A stretch of DNA of 63,892 nt, filler included, from Hausera hauseri (taxonomy: Eukaryota): NCBI GenBank assembly GCA_046269625.1. It is 12 parts of 12 records of this genome, joined end to end, with 100 filler letters (N's around TTAATTAATTAA, not from the genome) between each part and the next. Parts side by side here need not be neighbours in the genome. Positions count along the whole stretch, not along the records: positions 1 to 6,567 come from JBJURY010086213.1; positions 6,668 to 13,817 come from JBJURY010035445.1; 10 more parts are not named here. The stretch is one strand, 5' to 3'. The notes under the pieces were generated by a model. That model did no database searches and was not told the DNA's origin. It saw nothing but the letters and a program-made list of their open reading frames with translations. Positions 1 through 12,424 of the stretch are shown here, one piece after another; positions within the stretch are counted from its first letter, which is position 1; each line of letters opens with the position of its first letter. The position numbers and the translations under genes are program-made.

Positions 1-3000
1 CAAAACGGCTTCTGATGAAAATTACAAAGAGCCGACAAGTTTGCAATCGAAAGTGCAGAAACATCATAATCTCCTGGCGGAAATCGATGCGAACAAAACT
101 CGATTGTATAATGTTAATGATCGTGGAAAAGAATTGTTGGATTCAGATCATAACAAATCAGAAGATATTCAACAGCGCATTGATGAATGGGATCGATTGT
201 GGAATCGTACGGTTGATGCGTCTCAAGTAAAAACAAAAAATCTCGACCAGGCCAGTGGTCAACAACAATTCATTCGAAACATTGAGGATATGGAGATCTG
301 GTTAACTGAAGTCGAATTTAAATTGGGATCGGATGATTGTGGAAAGGATTTGAATAGTGTAACCAATTTGCAGAAAAAACAATTTACTGGAAACCGACAT
401 CATGTCTCATCAGGATAGAATTGATTTGTTTGTCCAGCAGGCCGATAAGTTTGTTGGTGAAGGCCATTTTCATGCTGATGCTATTAAACAAAAACAAGTT
501 GAAGTTTGTAATCGGTATGATAAATTAAGGGACCCATTCGAGAAAAGGAAAAACAAACTAAATGATGCCTACAGACTACACCAATTTTATTGAGATGCTG
601 ATGGTGAAGAAGACTGGATCCACGAAAAAGAGCCCATTGCTGGGTCCAGCAATGTTGGTCGAGATCTGATTGGAGTGCAGAATCTCATTAAAAAGCATCA
701 AGTTATTCAGGCGGAAATTGATGGTCATGAATCAAGAATTCTCGAGGTTTGCAAGGAAGAATCGGATATGATACATTGTGACCACTACGCAAGTAAGGAT
801 ATTCAAAAACGCATTGACGAACTTGGAAAAAACTGGTCGGATCTGAAGGATAAAGCTGATAAACGGCGAACACTTCTTGATGATTCATTAGAAGCTCAGC
901 AGTATTTGGCTGATGCCAGTGAGGCCGAAAGTTGGATGAGAGAAAAAGAGCCACTTGTTGGAAGCACAGAGTTCGGGAAAGATGAAGACTCAACTGAAGC
1001 TTTACTGAAGAAACATGATGCTTTAATGGCAGATATTGAAGCTTATAAATCTACTATTGATTCTTTAAGAGAGCAAGCTAATGCATGTAAAATGCAAGAG
1101 GCACCGGTCAGTGATAGTTATGGAAAGGAAATGGTCATGGCACTTTATGATTATCAGGAAAAGAATCCCAGAGAAGTGTCTATGCGTAAAGGAGATTTAC
1201 TGACGCTGTTGAACAGCAACCACAAGGATTGGTGGAAAGTTGAGATCAATGATCGACAAGGTCATGTTCCTGCGGCCTATGTTAAGAAAGTCGATGCTAT
1301 GATGTCGGAAACAGATCCAAATGCTCCTGAACAGATTACTGTTGCATCTCAGCAAAAGAATTTAGAAGCACAGTATGATAATTTGTTGAGTTTGGGAAAA
1401 GAACGACGGGACAGATTGAAAGATTCAGTTCAGGCATATCAGTTGGTTCGAGAAGCACATGACCTTCATCAATGGGTTGTTGAAAAAGAGTTGGTTGCTG
1501 TTACGGAAGTTATTACTCCTGGTCACTTAGAGGCTGTCCAAAGTGAAAAGAAGAAAGTCGATGAATTAGTTGTTGAACAGAAAGAAAAAGAAGAGAAGAT
1601 TAAAGAGTTGAAAGACAAGGCAAATAAACTGAAGAGAAGTGGACAGACAGAAGCTGTTGAGAAAATAGAAGGTATAATCACTCAATTACAAAAGAAATAT
1701 GAACAGTTGGAGGAAGTGACAACTAAAAAGGTTAAAGATCTTGAAGATTGCTATGCTGTACAGCGTTATCACAGAGAATGCGATGAAGCGAAAGAATGGA
1801 TTGAAGAAAAGGATGCGCGACTCAACACTAATGACGTTGGCAAAGATTTAACATCAGTCCAAAGGCTGTTCCGTAAACATGATGCTCTTGAACGGGACTT
1901 AGTTGCACTTGGTGAACGAGTTAAGATGCTGGATTCAAAGGCAGCTGAATTGGTGCAAACCCATCCGAACGAAGCCGAAGGAATTTGTCAGCACCAGGAA
2001 GAAATAAACGAAATGTGGAATGGTTTGACCAAAAAGGCTGAAGATTACAAAGCGAAATTATTCAATTCTATTGATCTGCAGAAATTCTTGGCTGATTATC
2101 GGTAATTTTGATTTATTGAAAATTTCATTATGCACCGACCAGTGATTTAATGTCATGGGTCAACACGATGAACTCGTTGGTTTCGTCGGACGAATTGGCT
2201 AAGGACGTCACTGGTGCTGAGGCTCTTTTGGAACGACATCGGGTAAATATACGTATATTGTTATTTTTACGCACAAATTCGTTAATTAATGTTTTTTATG
2301 AATTATTTAGTTACTGATGTGGTTAAGTTGTTTGATGAGTCGTATTTAAGGATTTAGCAGTTGAGATTGCTAACCGGACCGGTGATTACGGTATCGGTCA
2401 GGAACCCATTGGCGAGGTATAAATATGAGCATGTATTTTTACATCTAGTCCGAAATTGAATGTCGGTGTTTTATTTTGTGACCACTTTTGTCTGTTAATT
2501 GACCGTAATATCGCATGTACATATTTTGTGAATATTCTACCGTACGTATAATTAGAGTTTTGTATCTTATCCTGTTTTCTTTTTCTCTCTCGTGTCGCAT
2601 AATTATCGTTTCCATTTGGATTTAGGAACACCAATTGGAAATTGAAGCACGGGCTGGAGCTTTCCAAAACTTTGAAGATTTCGGTAAAGAACTGTTGAAA
2701 ACTGGACATTACGCAGAAGACGAAATAAAAGATAAATTGCAGAAAATTGCTGAATCCAAAGAACAGCTGAATGAGTACATAGTAATAATTCATCATTAAT
2801 GATTAATGTTCACGCAGATCGTGGCTCAATCGCAAGAAACAGTTGGACCAATGTCTTGAATTGCAGTTGTATTTGAGAGATTGTGAGCAGGCTGAGGACT
2901 GGATGACCATTCGGGAATCATCTCTTCTTGGTGAAGACGTCGATGACAAGACTGTCGATGCACTCATTAAAAAACATGAGGATTTCAACCGGGCCATCAA

Positions 3001-6000
3001 CATGCAAGAGGAGAAAATGCAGGCACTGAAGGAATTTGCTGATCAACTCACGGAATGTGATCATTACGATAAGGACAAAGTGAAGGAAAAATGTGACGAG
3101 GTACTGGAACGATGGAAAAGTCTAAAAGAAAACATGATCGCCAATCGAGCAAAATTGGGAGACGTTCAGACGCTGCAGGCTTTTATCAGAGATGCCGATG
3201 AGATGGAGATATGGATAAACGAGAAATTGCAGAACACTCTTGATGAATCGTACAAAGATCCGACAACAAACATTCAGGCTAAACATCAAAAGCATCAAGC
3301 GTTTGAAGCTGAATTGGCAGCCAATGCAGAAAGATTACAAAGTATTTTGGGATCGGGACATAGGCTGATGGATAAAGGTAATTTTTATTTTATTACACTG
3401 TGATTTTGTTTCTAATTTGCTTATAGTTATGATGGATCTACTCACTTGTTTATATGGTTTCCTTTATACAACAATGTATACAGAATGGTTTTAATTAGGA
3501 TGACTGACTACACCAAGAAATAGCTATAAACCGCCTAAACTTAATATGACAAATGTTTAAAAGCGATTCTTACAACGGTTGCCACAGTTACGTTCTTAAA
3601 GTGCACAGGATTGAAGATATTGATTTTTGGCCCTGATGTCATTTATTTCTATCACCCTGAGGAAATCTCAATAACAAATTGATTTGGCACATATTGGATC
3701 AGCTATTTTGCGTTTCTATAAGTGGCTTTCAGTCACAAACTAACTTTTTATCTATTTTCTTTCCATTAATGGTTATATATTAATTTATCCAGCTAAGGGG
3801 TTTTTTGTAAACATTGATTTCTAATTAAAATATAGAATTTAATTAATTACTTTTCTCCAGGTCAGTGCATGGGTCAAGAGAATGCGGTCGAAGAACGAAT
3901 TAGCAAGTTAGCCGACCAGTGGGATTACCTCGTCGGTAAATCCAAAGCTAAAGCCGAAAAACTCCAAGAAGCCAACCGCCAAGCTGTTTACAATGCCGAG
4001 TTGAAAGACATGGAATTCTGGCTTGAAGAAGTAGAGCATTCATTGTCGAGTCCCGATTATGGCAAAGATTCTGCATCTGTCGACAGTCTATTGTCAAAGC
4101 ATCAAGTACTTGGAACGGATATTCAGGCTCACGTGGATCGTATTCGTGATTTGAACGAGAAAGCCGATGAATTCCTGGAATCCGGTACTGTCGATGCTGA
4201 TACTATTAGGGAGCGGAAGAAAATGATAAACGAACGATACGAACGCGTGAAACAATTGGCTGAAAATCGAGCTGTTACTTTGGGAAAAGCTAAAAGATTA
4301 CACGATTTTTACCGAACAATTGATGATGAAGAAGCCTGGATTCGGGAAAAGAAAATATTGGTCAGCAGTGAAGATTACGGACGAGATTTGATTGGCGTTA
4401 GGAATTTGAAAAAGAAGCATCAGAGATTAGAAAACGAAATCAATGCCCATGAACCGGTTGTGAAAAGTGTTCAGAAACAAGGAGAGGAGTTGGTAAATGA
4501 ATCTCATCTGGCCGATCCGGAAGAAATTAAAAGAAAGCTGGTCCATTTGGAAAATGCATGGGATGAATTGCAACGCTTGTCAGCTATTCGTAAGGCTAAA
4601 CTTGAAGAATCATCAGAATATCAGAAATTTTTGGATACTGTCGAGGAAGAGGAAGCATGGATACTCGAGAAACAGCACTTGCTTAGTAGCACTGACTATG
4701 GCGATACATTGGCTGCAGTTCAAGGACTGCTGAAAAAGCATGATGCATTTGAAACTGATTTGACAGTAAGACATTAATTTGTGTAACTCTTGTTATCAAT
4801 TTATTACAAGGTTCATGAGGAAAAATGTGGCGACATTTGTGCTGATGGTAAAAGGCTAATAGATCAAAACAACCACAATTCTCGCGCCATCGAACAGCGA
4901 TGCGAGGGCCTTAGAGAGAAACTGGAAGTACTGCGAAAAGCTGCTGAACGCAGGAAGCAGTGTCTTGAAGATAATTCTGCCTTCTTACAGTTTATGTGGA
5001 AGACCGATGTGGTTGAATCGTGGATTGCCGATAAGGAAACTCAAGTAATTTTTTGACAATCGATCTGCTCACATTGATAATTGCGTTTTCAGATACGAAG
5101 TGACGATTACGGACGAGACTTAAGCAGTGTTCAAACGTTGCTAACGAAACACGAAACATTCGACACGGGATTGGAATCATTTAGAATGGAGGGAATCGAA
5201 GTCATCACCGCACTCCACAACCAGCTGACGGAGTCTAAACATGCCCAGAGCGATGCTATTCGTAATCGTTATCAGAATTTGATGCAACGATGGGAAAGAT
5301 TACAAAAGGAATCCAAAGTCAGAAAGGAACGTTTACTCTCGTTGCAAGAACGATACAAGAAAGTGGAGGAACTTTATCTGACTTTTGCAAAGAAGGCGTC
5401 AGCTTTTAATTCATGGTTCGAAAATGCCGAGGAAGACTTGACAGATCCGGTACGATGCAATTCCTTAGAAGAAATTCGGGCGCTTTGCGAAGCTCATGGT
5501 CAATTTAAAAATTCTCTGAAGGCTGCCGAAGAAGATTTCCGGTATTTGGCAGAATTAGATAAGGAGATTCAGAGTTACGGGGTACATACATGAGTTGCAT
5601 TCATGCATTTTCAATAAATCATTCAGGTTGGTGGTAATCCATACACATGGTTCACAATGGAGGCTCTGGAAGAGACTTGGAAGAATTTGCAGAGAATCAT
5701 TCAAGAACGAGACTTGGAGTTGATTAGAGAAACAAAACGCCAAGAAGAGAACGATATTCTACGTCAACAGTTTGCCGAACTTGCGGACAGATTCCATCGC
5801 TGGTTGCAGGAAGTTAGATCGGCACTGATGGAAGGAAGTGGAACACTGGAGCAGCAACTGGAAGCGACGAAAGCCAGATCAAAGGAGATTAAAGATCACA
5901 AAGTCGATTTGAAACAAATCGAAGAGAAAGGAGCAGTGTTAGAAGAACGACTTATTTTAGACAATCGCCATACAGAACACAGCACAGTACGCATAATATT

Positions 6001-6335
6001 CGTCTTTCCTTGTCTTATTGGATGGTTAGGTCGGTCTCAGTCAGGCTTGGGATCAGTTGGATCAGCTGGCCATGAGGATGCATCACAATTTGGAACAGCA
6101 GATACAAGCTCGTAACGTCAGCGGCGTCAGTGAAGATTCTCTCAGAGAATTTTCGATGATGTTCAAGCACTTCGACAAAGATAAATCCGGTAAACTCGAT
6201 CACCGAGAATTCAAGTCCTGTTTACGAGCTCTCGGAATGGATTTGGCGTTTGTGGAAGAGGGTCAAGTCGATCCCGAATTTGAGGCTATTCTGGCCGTTG
6301 TCGATCCTAATCGAGACGGATTCGTGACGCTTCAA
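1..6335 (+). CDS. SPTAN1: Spectrin alpha chain (non-erythroid type), partial at both ends, multi-exon
   Basis: Tandem spectrin repeats (e.g. [41 protein letters not shown]), an SH3 domain ([37 protein letters not shown]) and C-terminal EF-hands ([25 protein letters not shown]; [12 protein letters not shown]). GT-AG introns that restore the frame: 2102-2142, 2243-2625, 2775-2817, 3378-3860, 4766-4810, 5045-5092, 5582-5626, 5987-6029. One frameshift (~380) and one TGA (591-593) lie near the 5' end. Confidence 0.96.
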
Positions 6336-6342
6336 GTAGATA

Positions 6343-6522
6343 CGCGTCCTCGAGGATCTCGTCGATCCGGTCGATACCGCCTTTACGGATCGCGTCGTCG
6401 ATCAGCGCCTGCTGTTCGGCTTCCAGGTGTTTCCGGCTCAGAATCAGGGGCAGGGTGGGCTTTCCCTCGGCCAGGTCGTCGCCGATGTTCTTGCCCAGGG
6501 TGCTGGCGCTGGCGGAAGAGCG
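6343..6522 (-). CDS. ispB: Fragment of bacterial octaprenyl/polyprenyl-diphosphate synthase
   Basis: Abrupt switch to GC-rich DNA with bacterial-type codon usage. Translation LGKNIGDDLAEGKPTLPLI...LIDDAIRKGGIDRIDEIL matches the GKxxGDDLxEGKxTLP motif of trans-prenyltransferases. Confidence 0.8.
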
Positions 6523-6567
6523 CAAGACTATCCTCAGTGAATCAGGCAATTCTCAATCTGCCCAGGT

Positions 6568-6667
6568 NNNNNNNNNNNNNNNNNNNNNNNNNNNNNNNNN
6601 NNNNNNNNNNNTTAATTAATTAANNNNNNNNNNNNNNNNNNNNNNNNNNNNNNNNNNNNNNNNNNNN
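6568..6667. other. Artificial contig-joining linker (first of 11)
   Basis: N44-TTAATTAATTAA-N44. Identical linkers at 13818-13917, 22875-22974, 27322-27421, 32626-32725, 36852-36951, 41358-41457, 45723-45822, 49838-49937, 54388-54487 and 59307-59406. There is also a 10-N scaffold gap at 37728-37737. Confidence 0.99.
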
Positions 6668-6686
6668 GCGTTTTAATCTTGCATCT

Positions 6687-6750
6687 GGCTGTACTGCAGG
6701 CTGTGGTACTGCATGCCGTGGTACTGCAGGTCGTGGTACTGCAGGCTGTG
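6687..6750. repeat. 15-bp tandem repeat (~4 copies); encodes PAVPQ/PAVPR on the minus strand
   Basis: GGTACTGCAGGCTGT-like units visible directly. Confidence 0.75.
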
Positions 6751-8538
6751 CAACTGGCTTATGTTCATTAAAAATGATCTTCTTTGACTTTGATGCGAAA
6801 TCAGTCAAATGATGTTTATGATCTTCATAAAACTGTATGTATTCTTTATCACATACAGTCTCACATCCTGGCAGATATAATAGATGATCCTATTGAATTT
6901 GTATCCATAATAGTCCTCACATTATTGTGACAATTCTGAGGGTTGTGTATTGCACATTTGCGGTACACATGAACTGCATCTTTGATTTTTTGGCATGAAA
7001 AAAGTTATTGGCATAGAGGTACTGAATATTTGTTTTTTCGACTTGGTGAAGGAAATTAGGTTCTGTTTATGGACAGTGTGAAAGGGTTCATAATTGGTTT
7101 GGCACATTACCTAATATGTAGGTGTGGTGCCATGGCCGCGGGTACAGCTCTCCTCGACATATTCTAAAATTCAATTTCAGGCGGAAATATCAGTCTCTCC
7201 GACGCATTTCTCTAATTTTGGAAAGCACATTTCACCATCCATTATTCATGGATAACAATCTCGACGATTCAGCAGAAGAATTGTGTGACGATATGCACCA
7301 ATAACGAGTTCTTTCTACACGTCATCAGTAGCGGGTTCATAGTATGGACATTCGTGTTTGGCCGTTCTAAACAAATAGTGATTTCTTGGCTCAAAGACGC
7401 CAATAGCAGCGCATCAAAATAATCCAGGAAATTCAGTAATGACGAGAGTGAATCGATACAGAATCTGATAATGAGTATTATTATCAGTAGTGTATCGTAT
7501 TTGTAATATTTAAATACTAATTAAAATCTGTTTAAATTATAATAATTGCGAAAATATAATTAATATTATGGACTATATCATAATGTACAGTGATTTTATA
7601 TGGCAATTTTTTTACATGTACAAAAAATGATTTTGTTAATAATTATTGGTTTATGATTTTGAATTAGCTTTGCTATTTTTTTGAATCTTGAAAATAAATA
7701 TCTGTTTCATCAAGATCTTGGATTTTTAATTTTATCTTTTATCTGTGTTGTATTAAACGGAATTAAATTGGTTTCAAAAGTCACTCCATAGATCCGGATT
7801 TTTGCCATTTCTGTCAAATTATTTGGATTTTTTCTGGAATATTTATGATGACACTGTGCAACATTTGCAATACCAGAAAAAACGATCAGATTGTGAAAAT
7901 AGATAATGAAACCGTATTTACTCACCCTGTTCATCAAATTATATCCAAATTGATATATTTGTCTTCTGTGATCTCAAATTCGGATTATATTAGTCTGTGC
8001 GTCAGACGAGTATTTAATGAAGATGATGACTTGCTTAGCAGTGAAATGTCTGAAAACGAGGAGCAAGACTTTGAAAAAAAGATCAGTGACGAAGAACAGT
8101 ATGACAATTGCGTTCATGATGGTAAAAATAAATATCATGCTCCAATTTATGACACTGCAGATTCTATATGCCTTTTGTCTCTTGTTAATTCACTTAACGC
8201 AGCCGTTGTTTTGGAAATATTGTTGTCCACTTTTGTGCTGTAGAATATGCTAGTTTCAAAGTTTATATTCACTCACACTGGATACCCCATATGCCTTGGA
8301 TTGGATGGAAAAGGTGTGTATAACAGGAAGTATGGATGGAACAATAGTTGTTGGCAAGTTGATTTTAACTCTTGCATTTGGTCATTTGATACAATAGTAC
8401 ATCTAAATAACTGCTTGTTCTGTGTGCAGTTTGGAGCTCATACTCAAGATCGGAATTGATATGATTTAAAAACCTGGACACCATATTGTGTTTACATGAA
8501 CAACACAGTGATATTAGACAGGCATCCAATTTAATAAT

Positions 8539-9687
8539 GTGTCTGATTATTGTGGCTTTTGGAGCAAAGACAGAACATTCAGATGTGTTTGTACCTATGG
8601 AAATAATAACGGGGATGGTGAAGGAATACCACTAACAACAATTGCAACAACAAAATCTATGTCAATTACATCACAAATGGCGGAGAAGACAACATACGAA
8701 ACTAATTTCAGGACATTAAAGATAATTTTGCCAAATACCACTAAAAACATACTGGCAACGTCATCGGAAAATGTTGACACATTAAAATCAATTTCTGAAT
8801 CAACTAGGAGACGTGTAACCAGAAGAATTTCTGTGATGCCGACAAATGTGGATATCACTTCACCAGTTGACAGAAAATCAACTATTTCGAGTAAAGCTAC
8901 ATCTATAAACTCCTCATCCGTAACAGTTCTAACTCGAATGTCAAAAACAGACGATCATACTGAACTAACCTCACCATACATGGGAAGTGATTCAACATTA
9001 AAAACGAAATCAGCTATAATCAGTAAAGTAACATCGATCCGATCTACTCCGCCTCGATTGACTGGATCATCGGAGGGAAAGGTTCATAGTTCTTATACAC
9101 AAACACATTTTAACACTAGTTTTTCGAATTTAAATGTTGAATCAATAACGAGTATTATACTGTCATCGCATAATCCATTTACACCCACTCGTATGATTGA
9201 ATCTTCAAAAGTAACAATACGTAGTTCTGCAGCACCAACACAAAGAAGTACAAGCTCTTTAAATCCATATACAAAAATTATTAAATTCACATCTGTGATC
9301 TCATCTACACGAACACTCATGAGTACCGACTCACTGAATCCGTCAGCACAATCATCAACATATAGTAAATTCATATCCATAAATCCATTGACAACAATTG
9401 CTAGTTCAGAGGCACCCAACGGTACCGGCTCCTTGAATACGTCAACACAATCTCCAACAAGTAGCATACTAACATCACTAAATTCATCTACAATGCGTAG
9501 CATGATAGATTCATCTAAATCGGCCATGACATCTCAGACGTTTAAGTTGGTTGACAACGCAACAAATCAAAAAATATCGTCAAAAATCCGTCTCCAATTT
9601 TGTCTACAAAACCCTTTAATACATTTTCAGAGTGTGAAAGTGACAAAACTGCTAAACTATCAGTACAAGACAAAATTGCAAAACTAG
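8539..9687 (+). CDS. Ser/Thr-rich mucin-like protein region (probably part of a larger or disrupted gene continuing to ~10232)
   Basis: 382-aa ORF strongly enriched in S/T, preceded by a Cys/Trp-containing segment. No family recognised. Confidence 0.5.
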   Translation: MSDYCGFWSKDRTFRCVCTYGNNNGDGEGIPLTTIATTKSMSITSQMAEKTTYETNFRTLKIILPNTTKNILATSSENVDTLKSISESTRRRVTRRISVMPTNVDITSPVDRKSTISSKATSINSSSVTVLTRMSKTDDHTELTSPYMGSDSTLKTKSAIISKVTSIRSTPPRLTGSSEGKVHSSYTQTHFNTSFSNLNVESITSIILSSHNPFTPTRMIESSKVTIRSSAAPTQRSTSSLNPYTKIIKFTSVISSTRTLMSTDSLNPSAQSSTYSKFISINPLTTIASSEAPNGTGSLNTSTQSPTSSILTSLNSSTMRSMIDSSKSAMTSQTFKLVDNATNQKISSKIRLQFCLQNPLIHFQSVKVTKLLNYQYKTKLQN

Positions 9688-10312
9688 AGTCTCAGAACAT
9701 TACATCGCCGGGCAGACTTAGTTCTTCATGGAACGTGTCCTAATCATGTTTTGGCAAATCTGTTCTGAATAAAACAACCATTAATGAGAAAAGTAGATGT
9801 GTAAATATCCCATTAGAAACTGCCGAACAGCATGAGGATACGATGAATATTAATTTAGCCAATACTTGGAAGAATACATTTTCATCTAGTAATTCCAGCA
9901 CATCCGATGATATATCGGGCTTGAATGAGACATTTGTTTCTCCTCGGTTTAACTCAGTGAACAAACCAACGTATACTTCAATTCCTAACCCTCCATTTCA
10001 AAACATCCGGTCTGTCCGTGACTCCTCTTTAAAACCAACAAGATCACTTAACAATAATCCTATGTACATCGCGCATATTACACAACAATTCTCTTCCACT
10101 CAAACAGCAAATTCTTTGTTTAAATACCTGAAACAAAGCAATTCTCAATCTGTCAAAGCTGTTCAGGAGTTAGCGGAATCAGCTCAGTTGACGCAAAAAC
10201 CTCGAGAACAATTGTCAGTCGTTATCAATTAAAAGTAATTATGATTTACATATTGTTACACCATCGTTTGTAATACGAAACGACACTTTATTGTCTGGGT
10301 GAGGAACTGAGC

Positions 10313-12050
10313 GTGCTCGCCTCCGTTGCACCACATCCCCTCTCTTTTTTCATCCTTTCTAACGATAAACATGTCCACACATTAAGGGTTACGCACAAAC
10401 AAACAGCTCATGTTCTCTATACGGAATTGTTCTCCTTTTTTGGCTCCTCCGATTTTTATCTTATGCACAACGGTCTAACTTTGCAGCCGTACGACTTTTT
10501 TTATCCTTTACATCTGAGAAATATTCCATCACTCTCACTGTCCACTTTCGCATCCGTGGTGGATCAGACCTTCATCCTTCTACGGAACACTCAACAAAAA
10601 CCAGGTCTGGTCGTTGTCCTGTCGACCCCACACCATCAACATCGCCAAACCTTCCCTGTACAGACTTCTTTTTGATAAAACGAACTCGAGCCGAATTTGG
10701 TTGCAGTTTCATTTGCAATGGCTCAAAGCCAATCACATTACGGATTCCTTTCTGCTGGCTAACAGTTTGCTGTTATTACTACCGGGCAACATCAAGCAGC
10801 AAATCAGTAATCTGGCTGACATACTCTCTTCTTCAAGCCCGTATGATATGCTGTACGAATCGGTTCTACATATCACCGACCATTCTATCGACAGCATAAT
10901 CCAGAAGTATTTCAACGACCACGCGATTGGAAATCAAAGACTATCGGATTTCCTTAAAACGGCCATCTCACAACTGAGCTCTTTAGACGTGACTCCTATA
11001 AATAATGCCGATATTCTTCGTCGGTATTTTCTTTCATCTTTGCCAACCTCCATTCGAGCTTTGCTTACTGTAGTAGATGACTCTACTGCCTTCAAAAAGC
11101 TTGCCTTGTTGGCAAACAAAAGCTTTGAAATTCTGCAGTCCAATAACTCGCAGCCAATAGCCGTAGTAACTGCTTACACACTGCCAGAAAACACTTCATT
11201 TGCACAACAACTAAACATGATGCAGAAACAGTTCGATACCCTACAACAAGCAATTTCTGTAATCACAGCCCAACTCAGCGACTTATATGTACCCCGAGGA
11301 AACGAAAATCGTATTTCCCGCGATCGCAGTTTTTCCAGTCACTCTTCTCGTTCTAAATCTAGAGATGGTAGAATGACGTGCTTTTATCACAACAAATTCC
11401 GCAAAGATGCAAGGAAATGTGTTTTAGGCTGTCGATTCTACGATGCACGATATGCCGTAGACAATCCAATCTGCATCTATCACGCAAAGTACCAGTCAAG
11501 GCTAGGTCATGCGTGGCAGGATGTAAGTATTATAAAAGGAATTCTAGTTCTCCATTTTCTTCGCCTCCGCGCAGTTACCATTACTCCTCTTCCTACCAAC
11601 AAGTCTCAAAAAACCAATAATGCCACCAGATGCCATGGAACATTCTGGTACTGGCAATATCGTTCAAACTACTGGCCGTTTCAACACCGCTTCTGCAGTC
11701 TTTCTGTTAAAAGCTGACCTATTACTTGGAGACACCTCACACATAGATTTCCTTATTGATTCAAGAGCTGCATTTTCACTTCTTCCTTTGTCTTTCGCTT
11801 CTACATCCAACACAGTTTTTTCTCTTCCACTCTTCACTGCCTGTGGTCAAACTTTGAACATTGTAGGTATCACAAAGCTCTCCTTATCATTCTACAACCT
11901 ACCAGGGAAATTTTCCTGAAATTTTCGCATAGCAAATATCAGATCGCCCATGATAGGCTCCGATTTCTTGGCTGCATACGATTTGTTAGTCGACTGCAAG
12001 CATAAATACCTCATGCGCAGAAACTTCATTGAAGACTCTACCAAATGCTC
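10313..12050 (+). mobile_element. Decayed Ty3/gypsy LTR retrotransposon 5' part: ubiquitin-like domain - Gag - duplicated Cys/His box - aspartic protease
   Basis: Gag-type ORF 10614-11717 with CFYHNKFRKDARKCVLGC and a second, frameshifted copy CIYHAKYQ/KARSCVAGC. Protease remnant FLIDSRAAFSLLP...IGSDFLAAYDLLVDCK. Upstream UBL ends HFRIRGG at 10563. Several frameshifts and stops; no RT follows. Confidence 0.8.
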
Positions 12051-12424
12051 ACCAAACTACCAGCCGGACACTTTGTCTTTCTCTGCTCATTCAAATGTCA
12101 ATTTGACATTCTGTTCATCGGTTGACAACAACACGCTTAACATTTCATCAGTATTTTCAATCTCGTCAAGTGGAAAAAAATCAATTTTGAAACATTCGGC
12201 TGAACCAAATGTCGTTAATGAAGCATCTAGTCTTTCTACATCGATTACAGCAACTGACTCTTACAATGATATGCCCTTGTAGTGCCTTTCAGTGGGAAGT
12301 TTTGATAAATTTACTCTGTTTAATCTGACATATTCTAAAATCTGTATAGCACAGGCCATTGTTTTGGATTTTTGATCTTATGGAACGTGTTCCTTTTGGT
12401 TTTTAATCAACTCATTTTCTTTCA

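Noticed and set aside
6568-6667. Recurrent TTAATTAATTAA motif flanked by Ns as a biological repeat or CRISPR
   Set aside because: It is an identical 100-nt construct at 11 positions giving six-frame stops, i.e. a contig-concatenation linker. ORFs ending in ...XXXLIN are artefacts, and no gene-neighbourhood inference across linkers is valid.
9093-9527. Minus-strand ORFs (also 8595-8858)
   Set aside because: Antisense shadows of the Ser/Thr-rich ORF.
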